From Acidimicrobiales bacterium (lineage in GTDB: Bacteria > Actinomycetota > Acidimicrobiia > Acidimicrobiales > Bin134): a DNA stretch of 64,000 nt. Positions 52,611-62,197 of the stretch are shown piece by piece. Under the pieces are notes generated by a model. The model did not search any database. It had not been told where the DNA came from and saw nothing but the letters and a program-made list of their open reading frames with translations. Numbering within the stretch: position 1 is the first letter of the stretch; each line of letters starts with the position of its first letter. The DNA lies in NCBI GenBank assembly GCA_965115985.1, contig OZ220474.1, positions 988,909 to 1,052,908 of the forward strand, read 5' to 3'. The position numbers and the translations under genes are program-made.

Positions 52611-53030
52611 CTAGGAGAAGCCGACGGCCACCACGGCTCCCACAACCGCCACCGCGAAGCCGGCGACCGCGAAAATGACCGTACGGAAGAGGTTGGCCAT
52701 CTGAAGCAATAGTTCCCCGCGCAGTTCCTTGAACCCGGCGTTCATCTCGATGCGAAGCCGTTCCTCGGAGTCCCGTATGTCCTCCTTGGTCGCCCGTATG
52801 TCCTCCCTGATGGCCCGTATGTCCTCCTTGGTCGCCCGTATATCGTCCTTGGTGGCCAGACGGTCCCAGGGCACGGGTGGAAGAGACTCGACCAATGTCC
52901 ACGCCTCCTCTTCTCCCAGGGTATCGACCAGGCGACTCAACAACGCAAGCCGCCTGCCTTCGCCAATGACATCACCCTCCGGCATCGCCGGCCTCCTCAG
53001 TGGTAGCTGTCGAAGGGAGGCAAAAATCAC
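52611..53030 (-). CDS. Small coiled-coil protein with C-terminal TM anchor (DUF1640-like), paralog B
   Basis: (V)IFASLRQLPL...LPPVPWDRLATKDDIRATKEDIRAIREDIRATKEDIRDSEERLRIEMNAGF...VIFAVAGFAVAVVGAVVAVGFS. The 5' UTR is nearly identical to paralog A. Confidence 0.6.
   Translation of the reverse strand: MIFASLRQLPLRRPAMPEGDVIGEGRRLALLSRLVDTLGEEEAWTLVESLPPVPWDRLATKDDIRATKEDIRAIREDIRATKEDIRDSEERLRIEMNAGFKELRGELLLQMANLFRTVIFAVAGFAVAVVGAVVAVGFS
52772..52855 (-). repeat. 21-bp in-frame tandem repeat x4 (heptad KEDIRAT units) in paralog B
   Basis: cccgtatgtcctcc(t/c)t(g)gtcg-type units lie at 52772, 52793, 52814 and 52835. Confidence 0.85.
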
Positions 53031-53098
53031 TGCCTCCGAGTGAATGCCCGGACCCTACCGGCCCGACACCCCAAGAGCAACAGGGATGGACGAAACGC

Positions 53099-54481
53099 TC
53101 AGCCCTCGAATCGGGCGGTATCGGTGGCGAGGCGGGAGCGGAAGCGTTCTATTTGAACGGCCACCGGGGCGGGAGCGGCACCGCCGGGGGTGGTGCGGCG
53201 GGTGACGGCCACTCCGGGGGCCAGAAGCTCGGCGGCGGCGTCGCCCAGGTGGGGATCGGCTCGCACCAGGTCGACCAGGCCGGCTTCGCCATCGAGGGAG
53301 CGGCGGACCAGGTCGCCGACCAGGGCATGAGCATCACGGAACGCCATACCGCCGGCCACCAGGTGCTCGGCCAGGTCGGTGGCCGCGGCGGCGGGGGCAT
53401 CGGCGGAGGCGGCCATGGCTTCGGCGTCGAACCTGATGGTGGCCATCAGGCCGGTCATGGCTCGGACCCCGAGGCGCACCTGGTCGATGGTGTCGAACAG
53501 GGGTTCCTTGTCCTCCTGGAGGTCGCGGTTGTAGGCCAGGGGCAACCCCTTGAGCGTGGCCAGCAGGCCGGTGAGGTTGCCGATCAGCCGCCCCGCCTTG
53601 GCCCGGGCCAGCTCGGCAATATCGGGGTTCTTCTTCTGGGGCAGCATGGAGCTGCCGGTGGCGTAGGCATCGTCCAGCACTGCGAAACCGGACTCCTCCG
53701 AAGCCCAGAACACGATCTCCTCGCCGAGCCGGGATAGGTGGACGCCAACCATGGTGAGCGTGAACAGGCTCTCGGCCACGAAATCCCGGTCGGACACCGC
53801 GTCCATCGAATTGTCGAACCGGGCGGAGAAACCGAGGTCGGCGGCCACCATGTCGGGATCCAGCGGCAGCGACGACCCGGCCAGCGCTCCCGCTCCCAAA
53901 GGACTCACATCGAGGCGAGCCCGGGCATCGGCCAGCCGGTCCACGTCCCGGGCCAGCGCCCAACCGTGGGCCAACAGATGATGGGCCAGAAGCACCGGCT
54001 GGGCCCGCTGGAGGTGGGTGTACCCCGGTAGGTGGGCGTCGCCGACGTCGAGCGCCCGATCCAACAGCACCTGCTGGAGAGCGATCACGTCGGCGGCTAT
54101 GTTGGCCAGCTCCCGCTTGGCGTACAGGCGCAGATCGGTGGCCACCTGATCGTTGCGGCTGCGCCCGGTGTGGAGCTTGGCCCCGGCGGCTCCGGCCAGC
54201 TCGGTAACCCGACGCTCGACGGCGGTATGGACGTCCTCGTCGCCGGGCACGAAGGCGAACTTGCCGGACGTCAGCTCCTGTTCGGTGCGATCCAGCGCCG
54301 CCAGCACGTCGGCGACCTCGGTCTCGGTGAGCAGGCCGACACGACCCAGCATGCGAACGTGAGCCCTCGAGCCGGCTATGTCGTCGGGTACCAGCCGGAC
54401 GTCGAAGCCGATGCTGGCGGTGTAGGCCAACAGGGCCTCGGCCGGATCGCCGTCGAAGCGCCCGTGCCAAAGGGTGCTCAT
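53099..54481 (-). CDS. argH: Argininosuccinate lyase
   Basis: MSTLWHGRFDG..., lyase signature GSSMLPQKKNPD. ATG at 54481. Confidence 0.95.
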   Translation of the reverse strand: MSTLWHGRFDGDPAEALLAYTASIGFDVRLVPDDIAGSRAHVRMLGRVGLLTETEVADVLAALDRTEQELTSGKFAFVPGDEDVHTAVERRVTELAGAAGAKLHTGRSRNDQVATDLRLYAKRELANIAADVIALQQVLLDRALDVGDAHLPGYTHLQRAQPVLLAHHLLAHGWALARDVDRLADARARLDVSPLGAGALAGSSLPLDPDMVAADLGFSARFDNSMDAVSDRDFVAESLFTLTMVGVHLSRLGEEIVFWASEESGFAVLDDAYATGSSMLPQKKNPDIAELARAKAGRLIGNLTGLLATLKGLPLAYNRDLQEDKEPLFDTIDQVRLGVRAMTGLMATIRFDAEAMAASADAPAAAATDLAEHLVAGGMAFRDAHALVGDLVRRSLDGEAGLVDLVRADPHLGDAAAELLAPGVAVTRRTTPGGAAPAPVAVQIERFRSRLATDTARFEG

Positions 54482-54494
54482 GGCCGCCCCACCC

Positions 54495-55800
<1,306 letters not shown>

Positions 55801-55808
<8 letters not shown>

Positions 55809-55967
55809 GGGGTCTCCCTTCTGTTCACGATTTCGCCCACCTTCTTGCTCGGAGCATTATGGAAAGGGTTCACGGGGTGCCCTCCAACCGGGTAGATCCA
55901 ACTCGGCCCCGGCATCGATCACTGCCCCCAGGGTTCACGGGGTCTCCTCCAACCGGGTAGATCCAAC
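55801..55967. repeat. 65-bp-period reiteration (3 copies, decaying) of the argR-stop / argG-start junction
   Basis: gggttcacggggt(c/g)(t/c)cc... starts at 55801, 55866 and 55931. Copies 2 and 3 share ...ccaaccgggtagatccaac. Confidence 0.8.
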
Positions 55968-56438
55968 CGGGTCGGAAAGTCCGGCCAGGGAGCGCAGGAA
56001 ATCGGCCAGTGCCCGCCCGCCCAGGTCCTCGGTGGCCACCACCAACAAGGTGTCGTCCCCGGCCACGGTGCCCAATACCCCGTCCACCGTCGAGCGATCG
56101 ATGGCCGAGCCGACCACGTGGGCCGATCCCGGCGGAGTGTTCACCACGACCAGGTTCCCGGAGTTGCCCACCGCCACCACCCACTCCCCCAGCACTCGTC
56201 GGAGGTGGTCGTGGGGGGCCACCTGTTCGGATGGCAGCTCGGGGATGGCGTAGACCGACCCACCGCCGGTGGGCACCTTTACCGCGCCCAGGTCGTCCAG
56301 GTCGCGCGACGCCGTGGCCTGGGTGGTCACCACTCCCTCGGCGGTCAGCAGCTCCACCAGGTGGTCCTGGCTCTGCACCGACTCCCTCCTCAGAATCTGG
56401 GCAATCCGGTACTGACGCTGGTTCTTTCCCAGTCTCAT
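55935..56438 (-). CDS. argR: Arginine repressor
   Basis: MRLGKNQRQYRIAQILRRESVQSQDHLVELL (winged helix) and a C-terminal GTVAGDDTLLVV arginine-binding core. ATG at 56438. Confidence 0.9.
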   Translation of the reverse strand: MRLGKNQRQYRIAQILRRESVQSQDHLVELLTAEGVVTTQATASRDLDDLGAVKVPTGGGSVYAIPELPSEQVAPHDHLRRVLGEWVVAVGNSGNLVVVNTPPGSAHVVGSAIDRSTVDGVLGTVAGDDTLLVVATEDLGGRALADFLRSLAGLSDPVGSTRLEETP

Positions 56439-56555
56439 GGCTTCCCCAGAAGAAATGCGAGCAGCCCGCGGGTGGCGTGCATCCGGTTCTTTCCCAGTCT
56501 CATGGCTTCCCCAGAAGAAATGCGAGCAGCCCGCGGGTGGCGTGCATCCGGTTCT
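56420..56555. repeat. Perfect 65-bp tandem duplication of the argF-stop / argR-start junction (ATGA overlap)
   Basis: ggttctttcccagtctcatggcttccccagaagaaatgcgagcagcccgcgggtggcgtgcatcc occurs at 56420-56484 and 56485-56549, then ggttct again. Confidence 0.95.
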
Positions 56556-57423
56556 CGGCCTGTAGCCATATCCGACTCCGGGAACCACGGAGCACTTCTT
56601 CGGTGACCTCCTGGCCGGAATGAGCCGGCAGACAGTGCATGAAGACGGCATCGGGGGCCGCCCGGCGCATCAGCCGGTCGTCCACGGTGTAGCGGCCGGC
56701 GAAGGCACTCCTCTTCTCGGCGGCCTCGCTCTCCTGGCCCATCGATACCCAGACGTCGGTGTAAACCACATGGGCTCCCTCCACCGCCCGGACGGGATCC
56801 TCCACCTGCTGGATCTCCCGCCCGCTTTTGGCGATGCGATCGAGATCGGAACCGTCGAAGCGGTAGCCGGCCGGGGCGGCGATGACGAACTCGGCCCCCA
56901 GCAAGCCGGCCCCGATGGCCAACGAACGGGCCACGTTGTTGGGGTCTCCCACGTAGGCGATTCGGCGGCCGTCGATCCCGCCGAACACCTGCTGGATGGT
57001 CAACAGGTCGGCCAGGGCCTGCAAGGGGTGGGCCCGGTCGCTCAACATGTTGATCACCGGTACCGGGCTGACCGCGGCCATGCGCTCCACCACGGTGTGG
57101 TCGTACACCCGGGCTCCAATGACCGCGTGGTAGCAGGCCAGCGTTCGGGCGACGTCCTCGGCCGACTCCCGCTGGTCGATCCCCACCTCGTCCCCGGTGA
57201 TGGACACCGGGTGACCGCCCAGTTGCACCACGGCCATCTCCATGGAGTGGCGGGTACGAGCCGAGGGTTTCTCGAACAGCAGGGCCACACCCCGCTCCTC
57301 CAGCAGCTTGGTCGGGGGCGGGATCGAGGCCGCGGTCAGCACCCGGGTCAGTTCCCCGGCACCGAGGTCGTCCGTCTCGAGCAGATGACGGGGTTGCCGC
57401 TCGTCGAACACGGCCCGGCTCAC
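56500..57423 (-). CDS. argF: Ornithine carbamoyltransferase
   Basis: SARTRHS, HPLQALADLLT and FMHCLPA motifs. GTG 57423 overlaps the argD stop (GTGA). The track ORF over-extends to 57966. Confidence 0.95.
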   Translation of the reverse strand: MSRAVFDERQPRHLLETDDLGAGELTRVLTAASIPPPTKLLEERGVALLFEKPSARTRHSMEMAVVQLGGHPVSITGDEVGIDQRESAEDVARTLACYHAVIGARVYDHTVVERMAAVSPVPVINMLSDRAHPLQALADLLTIQQVFGGIDGRRIAYVGDPNNVARSLAIGAGLLGAEFVIAAPAGYRFDGSDLDRIAKSGREIQQVEDPVRAVEGAHVVYTDVWVSMGQESEAAEKRSAFAGRYTVDDRLMRRAAPDAVFMHCLPAHSGQEVTEEVLRGSRSRIWLQAENRMHATRGLLAFLLGKP

Positions 57424-58604
57424 GACCCCAACACCTCGTCGAGCACCGCGATGCCGTGGTCGATCTCGTCGTCGCTGATGACCAGGGGCGGGGCGATGCG
57501 CAGCGAGGCAGCACCGGCGGTGCCCAGCAGCAGTCCCGCAGTCATGGCGGAGGCCACCACCTCGGTTGCGGGCCGCTCCCCGGCCAGGTCCACCCCCAGA
57601 AGCAGGCCCTGACCCCGAACCCCGGTCACGCCGTCGAGCGACTCGAGCGCGGCTCGCATCGTCTTCCCGGCGCGGGCGGCCAGGGCGGGCAGGTCGAGTT
57701 CCTCCATCACCTCCAGGGTGGCCCGGGCCGCCGACGCAGCCAGGGGTTGGCCACCGAAGGTGGTGGCGTGATCGCCGGGCCTGAAGGCGGCCGCGACCTC
57801 GGTGCGAGCCCAGCAGGCCCCGATGGGCATACCGTTGCCCAGCGCCTTGGCCATGGTCACCACGTCGGGCTCGACCCCATCGTGATGGTGGGCGAACCAG
57901 CGACCGGTGCGGGCCAGACCGGTCTGCACCTCGTCGAGCATGAACAGCAGGTTCCGCTCGTCGCAAAGTTCACGCACGGCTCTCAAGTAACCGGCGGACG
58001 GCACGTTGACGCCCCCCTCGCCCTGGATGGGTTCGAGCAGCACCGCGACCGCGGTGTCGTCGATGGCCCGTTCCAGCTCGGCGACGTCGTCCCAGGGCAC
58101 GTGGCGGAAGCCCTCGGGCAGGGGTTGGAAGGCCTCGTGCTTCTCGGGCTGGCCGGTGGCGTGCAGCGTGGCCAACGTGCGGCCGTGGAACGACCGACCG
58201 GCGCTGATCACGGTGTGACGACCCCGCCCTCCCCACTTGCGAGCCAGCTTTATGGCGCATTCGTTGGCCTCGGCACCGCTGTTGGCGAAGAACACCTGTC
58301 CGGGGGGGCCGCCGATGAGCCGGTCGATGGTTCGGGCCACGTGCATCTGGGGTTCGGTGGCGTACAGGTTGGACACGTGACACAGGGTGCGAGCCTGCTC
58401 GGCCACCGCCTCGGCCACCCGGGGATGGGCGTGACCCAGGTTGCACACCGCGATACCGCTGAGGAGGTCGAGATAGCGGTGACCGTCGCGATCCCACAGC
58501 CAACACCCCTGCCCCCGCACGAACATGACCGTCGGTGGACCGTAGGTGGGCATGAGCGGGCAGTGCCCGGCGTCGGTCCCCACGGCATCGGTGTGGGTGC
58601 TCAT
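57420..58604 (-). CDS. argD: Acetylornithine aminotransferase
   Basis: Class III aminotransferase: SGAEANE, DEVQTGLARTG and the PLP-Lys region VTMAKALGNG. Confidence 0.95.
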   Translation of the reverse strand: MSTHTDAVGTDAGHCPLMPTYGPPTVMFVRGQGCWLWDRDGHRYLDLLSGIAVCNLGHAHPRVAEAVAEQARTLCHVSNLYATEPQMHVARTIDRLIGGPPGQVFFANSGAEANECAIKLARKWGGRGRHTVISAGRSFHGRTLATLHATGQPEKHEAFQPLPEGFRHVPWDDVAELERAIDDTAVAVLLEPIQGEGGVNVPSAGYLRAVRELCDERNLLFMLDEVQTGLARTGRWFAHHHDGVEPDVVTMAKALGNGMPIGACWARTEVAAAFRPGDHATTFGGQPLAASAARATLEVMEELDLPALAARAGKTMRAALESLDGVTGVRGQGLLLGVDLAGERPATEVVASAMTAGLLLGTAGAASLRIAPPLVISDDEIDHGIAVLDEVLGS

Positions 58605-59644
58605 GGGGTGGCCTCCTCATCGGGATCGGTGGGGCCGGCAGTCAGTTCGGAAGCGGCCGGATCGGTGGGGCCGGGAATCGGATCAAGATCGGCCGGATCG
58701 GGGCCGGGAATCGGCTCAAGATCGGCCGGATCGGGGTCGGGAATCGGATCAAGATCGGCCGGATCGGGGTCGGGGTGGACCATCGTGCCCACTCCGGCAT
58801 CGGTGAACAGCTCCAGCAGCAGCACGTGAGGGGTGGTTCCGTTGACCATGTGAGCCGAGGTCACCCCGTGGCGCACGGCGTGAACGGCGGCCTCCGCCTT
58901 GGGGACCATGCCCCCGGCCAGCCCCCCGGATTCGATCATGGCTTCCAGGGTCGCGGCGGTGGTCTCGCTGATGAGAGTGGACGGATCGTCGGGGTCGGCG
59001 TACAGCCCCTCCACATCGGTGAGGAACAACGCCTTGACCGCGCCGAGCGCTCCGGCCAGGGTGCCGGCCACGGTGTCGGCATTGATGTTGAGGGCCTGGC
59101 CGGTGGGGTCGGCCCCGATGGTGGACACCACCGGGATCAGGTCCTCCCCCAGCAGGCGATCGATGATGGTGGTGTTCACCGCATCCACCGTGCCGACGAA
59201 GCCCAGTCCGGGATGGCGCACCCGAGCCTGGAGCAACCCGGCGTCCTCGCCGGACACCCCCACCGCCAGCGGCCCGTGAACGTTGATGGCCGAGACGATG
59301 TCTCGGTTCACTCGGCCCACCAGCACCATGCGGGCGATGTCCAGGGTGTCGGCGTCGGTAACCCGGAGCCCATCCACGAAGGTGGTCTCCAGGCCCAGAC
59401 GGTTCATCATCTCACCGATCTGGGGACCGCCGCCGTGAACCACCACCGGACGGATGCCCACCGAATGCATCAGCACCACATCGGCCGCGAAGCGGGCCAG
59501 ATGGGCGTCGTCCAGCGCGCTCCCCCCGTACTTCACCACCACGGTGGCCCCCGAGAACCGCTGGATGTAGGGCAGAGCCTGGGTGAGCACCGCCGCGGTG
59601 GCCTCCGGGGAGAGGTGGGTGGCCGCAATGGAGGAAGAAATCAT
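58601..59644 (-). CDS. argB: Acetylglutamate kinase with a repeat-built C-terminal extension
   Basis: VVKYGGSAL and VVHGGGPQI. The C-terminal ~55 aa are PDPADL(D/E)PIPxP repeats. Confidence 0.95.
   Translation of the reverse strand: MISSSIAATHLSPEATAAVLTQALPYIQRFSGATVVVKYGGSALDDAHLARFAADVVLMHSVGIRPVVVHGGGPQIGEMMNRLGLETTFVDGLRVTDADTLDIARMVLVGRVNRDIVSAINVHGPLAVGVSGEDAGLLQARVRHPGLGFVGTVDAVNTTIIDRLLGEDLIPVVSTIGADPTGQALNINADTVAGTLAGALGAVKALFLTDVEGLYADPDDPSTLISETTAATLEAMIESGGLAGGMVPKAEAAVHAVRHGVTSAHMVNGTTPHVLLLELFTDAGVGTMVHPDPDPADLDPIPDPDPADLEPIPGPDPADLDPIPGPTDPAASELTAGPTDPDEEATP
58655..58775 (-). repeat. 33-bp in-frame tandem repeat (about 3.5 copies) forming the ArgB C-terminal tail
   Basis: ggccggatcgg(t)gggg(c/t)cgggaatcgg(a/c)tcaagatc units lie at 58655, 58691, 58724 and 58757. 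Confidence 0.9.
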
Positions 59645-59730
59645 GACGTACCCATGTTCTCGTCAGCCTCCGGGGCGAGGTGGGTAGCCGCAATGGAGGA
59701 AGAAATCATGACGTACCCATGTTCTCGTCG
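59601..59730. repeat. 65-bp tandem duplication of the argJ-stop / argB-start junction (ATGA overlap)
   Basis: gcctccgggg(a/c)gaggtgggt(g/a)gccgcaatggaggaagaaatcatgacgtacccatgttctcgtc occurs at 59601-59665 and 59666-59730. Confidence 0.95.
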
Positions 59731-60863
59731 ATGTAGGCGTGGGTGAGGTCGGTGGTGATGATCCGGGCCTCGCCGTTGCCCATGCCCAGATCGACGTGGA
59801 GATCGAGGTGCCGGCCGGTCATGTACTGGGCCAGCTCGGGGGGATGGGCGGGTTCGCCCCGATCGTAGACCACATGGGGTCCGTAGGCGATGGTCAGCCT
59901 GGTGTGATCGAAGGCCACCCCGGCCGCGCCCATCTCCGAGGCGATGCGCCCCCAATAGGGATCCTGGCCGTACCACGAGCACTTGACCAGTTGGCAGTTG
60001 GCCGTGTCCCGGGCCGCTCGGGCCGCCTCGGCATCGGTGGCCGCGCCGGTGACCCGCAGGAATATCGTCTTGGTCGATCCCTCGGCGTCGTCGGCCATCT
60101 GGAGGGCCAGACTCTCACAGGCCGCGGTCACCGCCGGGACGAGGACGTCGGGAGCGACCGGACCGGCCCTGCCGTTGGCCAGCATCAGCACGGTGTCGTT
60201 GGTGGATTCGGCACCGTCGACGGTGAGGGTGTTGAACGTGCCGGCCACCGCGGGGGCCAGGGCATGCCGGAGGGTGGCGGGATCGGCGGCCGCATCGGTG
60301 ACCAGCACTGCCAGCATGGTGGCCATGTTGGGTTCCAGCATGGCTGCACCCTTGGCCATGCCGGCCACGGTGAACCCATCGCCGGCGATCACCACCTGCT
60401 TGGGCACCGTGTCGGTGGTCATGATGGCTTCGGCCGCCCGAGGACCGCCGTCGGGGGTGCGGGCCCCCACCGCGGCGGTGATACCCGCGGAGACGGCATC
60501 CATGGGCAGGGTGTAGCCGATCAGCCCGGTGGAGCACACCAGAACCTCCTCGGGCCCCACTCCGAGGGCGGTGGCCGTCTCCGTACACATCCGGCGAGCA
60601 TCGGCCATACCCCGGGCCCCGGTGGCCGCGTTGGCGTTACCACTGTTGAGCACCACCGCCGCGGCTCTCCCCCCGGTTGCAACCAGGTGCTCACGGCACA
60701 CCAGAACCGGGGCCGCGGTCATCTTGTTGGAGGTGAACACCCCGGCAGCACTGACCGCAACACCGTCGGCGGTGGCCACCAGCGCAAGATCGAGATTGCC
60801 GTTGGGCTTGATACCGCAAGCCACCCCCGCGGCGGTGAACCCTTCGACCGCGGTCACGCTCAT
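59706..60863 (-). CDS. argJ: Bifunctional glutamate N-acetyltransferase / amino-acid acetyltransferase
   Basis: MSVTAVEGFTAAGVACGIK and the autoprocessing site PNMATMLAVLVTDA. ATG 60863 overlaps the argC stop. Confidence 0.95.
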   Translation of the reverse strand: MSVTAVEGFTAAGVACGIKPNGNLDLALVATADGVAVSAAGVFTSNKMTAAPVLVCREHLVATGGRAAAVVLNSGNANAATGARGMADARRMCTETATALGVGPEEVLVCSTGLIGYTLPMDAVSAGITAAVGARTPDGGPRAAEAIMTTDTVPKQVVIAGDGFTVAGMAKGAAMLEPNMATMLAVLVTDAAADPATLRHALAPAVAGTFNTLTVDGAESTNDTVLMLANGRAGPVAPDVLVPAVTAACESLALQMADDAEGSTKTIFLRVTGAATDAEAARAARDTANCQLVKCSWYGQDPYWGRIASEMGAAGVAFDHTRLTIAYGPHVVYDRGEPAHPPELAQYMTGRHLDLHVDLGMGNGEARIITTDLTHAYIDENMGTS

Positions 60864-61885
60864 GGGTACACCCCCAAAGCAGTCAGACCGGTGGTCTCGT
60901 CCAGCCCGCAGACGAGGTTGGCGCACTGGACGGCCTGTCCGGCCGCTCCCTTCACCAGGTTGTCGATGGCGCACAACGCCACCACCGTATTGGTGCGGGT
61001 GTCGTGGCGAACGGTGAGGTGGGCCGCGTTGGAACCCAGCGTGGCCTTGGTGGACGGCGGGTGCTCGGAGACGACGATGAACGGCTCACCGGCGTAGAAC
61101 TCGGCCAACGCATCGAGCAGGGCATCGGTGGAGGTTTCGCCCACGGGCCGGGCGTAGCAGGTGGTCAGGATGCCCCGATTCATCGGAGCCAGGTGGGGGG
61201 TGAACAACACCGACGCCCCGGTGGCCTGTTCGATCTCGGGAGTGTGGCGGTGGTCGAGCAACCCGTAGGCGGTGAAGTTCTCGTCCACCGCGCAGAACGT
61301 CGTGTGGGCCTTGGGAGGGCGGCCGGCACCGGATACCCCACTGGCCGCGTCCACGATGACGCCCTCGGTCCGGATCAGACCCCGACGGACCAGCGGAGCC
61401 ACCGCCAGCGCCGCGGCGGTGGGATAGCAGCCGGGTACGGCCACCGAGGTGGCCCCGGCCAACTCGTCGCGGAACAGCTCGGGCAGGCCGTAGACGAACC
61501 GTCCGAGCAACTCGGGAGCTCGGTGCGGCTCCCCGTACCACTGCCGGTACCGACCGGCATCCTTGAGTCGGAAATCGGCCGCCAGATCGATCACCACCCG
61601 GTTCCCATCGAGCACCTCGGCGGCCATGGTCATGGATCGACCGTGGGGCAGGGCCAAGAACACCACCTCAACATCGTCCAGCAGGTCGGGGTGGTACTTG
61701 GCGAACTCCCGGTCGGAACCGGCCGCCGCCAGGTGGGGGTACAGGTCGGCCACCGGCTGCCCCGCCTGGGTCTCACCGGTGACGAAGCCGATGTCGAAAC
61801 CGCCGTGGTGGACCAGCAATCGCATCAACTCCGCGCCCACGTATCCCGATGCCCCCACTATCCCCGCGGAGATGCTGCCCGTCAT
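60860..61885 (-). CDS. argC: N-acetyl-gamma-glutamyl-phosphate reductase
   Basis: GIVGASGYVGAELMRLL (NAD fold) and the active-site Cys in VAVPGCYPTAAAL. Confidence 0.95.
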   Translation of the reverse strand: MTGSISAGIVGASGYVGAELMRLLVHHGGFDIGFVTGETQAGQPVADLYPHLAAAGSDREFAKYHPDLLDDVEVVFLALPHGRSMTMAAEVLDGNRVVIDLAADFRLKDAGRYRQWYGEPHRAPELLGRFVYGLPELFRDELAGATSVAVPGCYPTAAALAVAPLVRRGLIRTEGVIVDAASGVSGAGRPPKAHTTFCAVDENFTAYGLLDHRHTPEIEQATGASVLFTPHLAPMNRGILTTCYARPVGETSTDALLDALAEFYAGEPFIVVSEHPPSTKATLGSNAAHLTVRHDTRTNTVVALCAIDNLVKGAAGQAVQCANLVCGLDETTGLTALGVYP

Positions 61886-62032
61886 GGCGAGTATTATTCA
61901 ATAGCTTGCATACTAATGCAAGTCATATTCGGGGCTCGCCTCGACCTCGCAGAGCTAACTCTCGCAGGGTCAACTCCCGCAGGGCGGCGTGGTGAGCTGG
62001 TCGGCCCTGATCCCCCCGCACCCGGATCGGCG

Positions 62033-62197
62033 CTCGCAGAGCTCACCCCCGCAGGGTGGCGTTGTGGGTGTCGGTCACGGCATCGATCTCGCAGAGCTCA
62101 CCCCCGCAGGGTGGCGTTGTGGGTGTCGGTCACGGCATCGATCTCGCAGAGCTCACCCCCGCAGGGTGGCGTTGTGGGTGTCGGTCACGGCATCGAT
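62033..62197. repeat. Perfect 55-bp tandem triplication containing the 3' end and stop of pheT
   Basis: ctcgcagagctcacccccgcagggtggcgttgtgggtgtcggtcacggcatcgat occurs at 62033-62087, 62088-62142 and 62143-62197. The functional stop (62153) is in copy 3. Degenerate copies lie further downstream (about 61941-62032). Confidence 0.95.
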
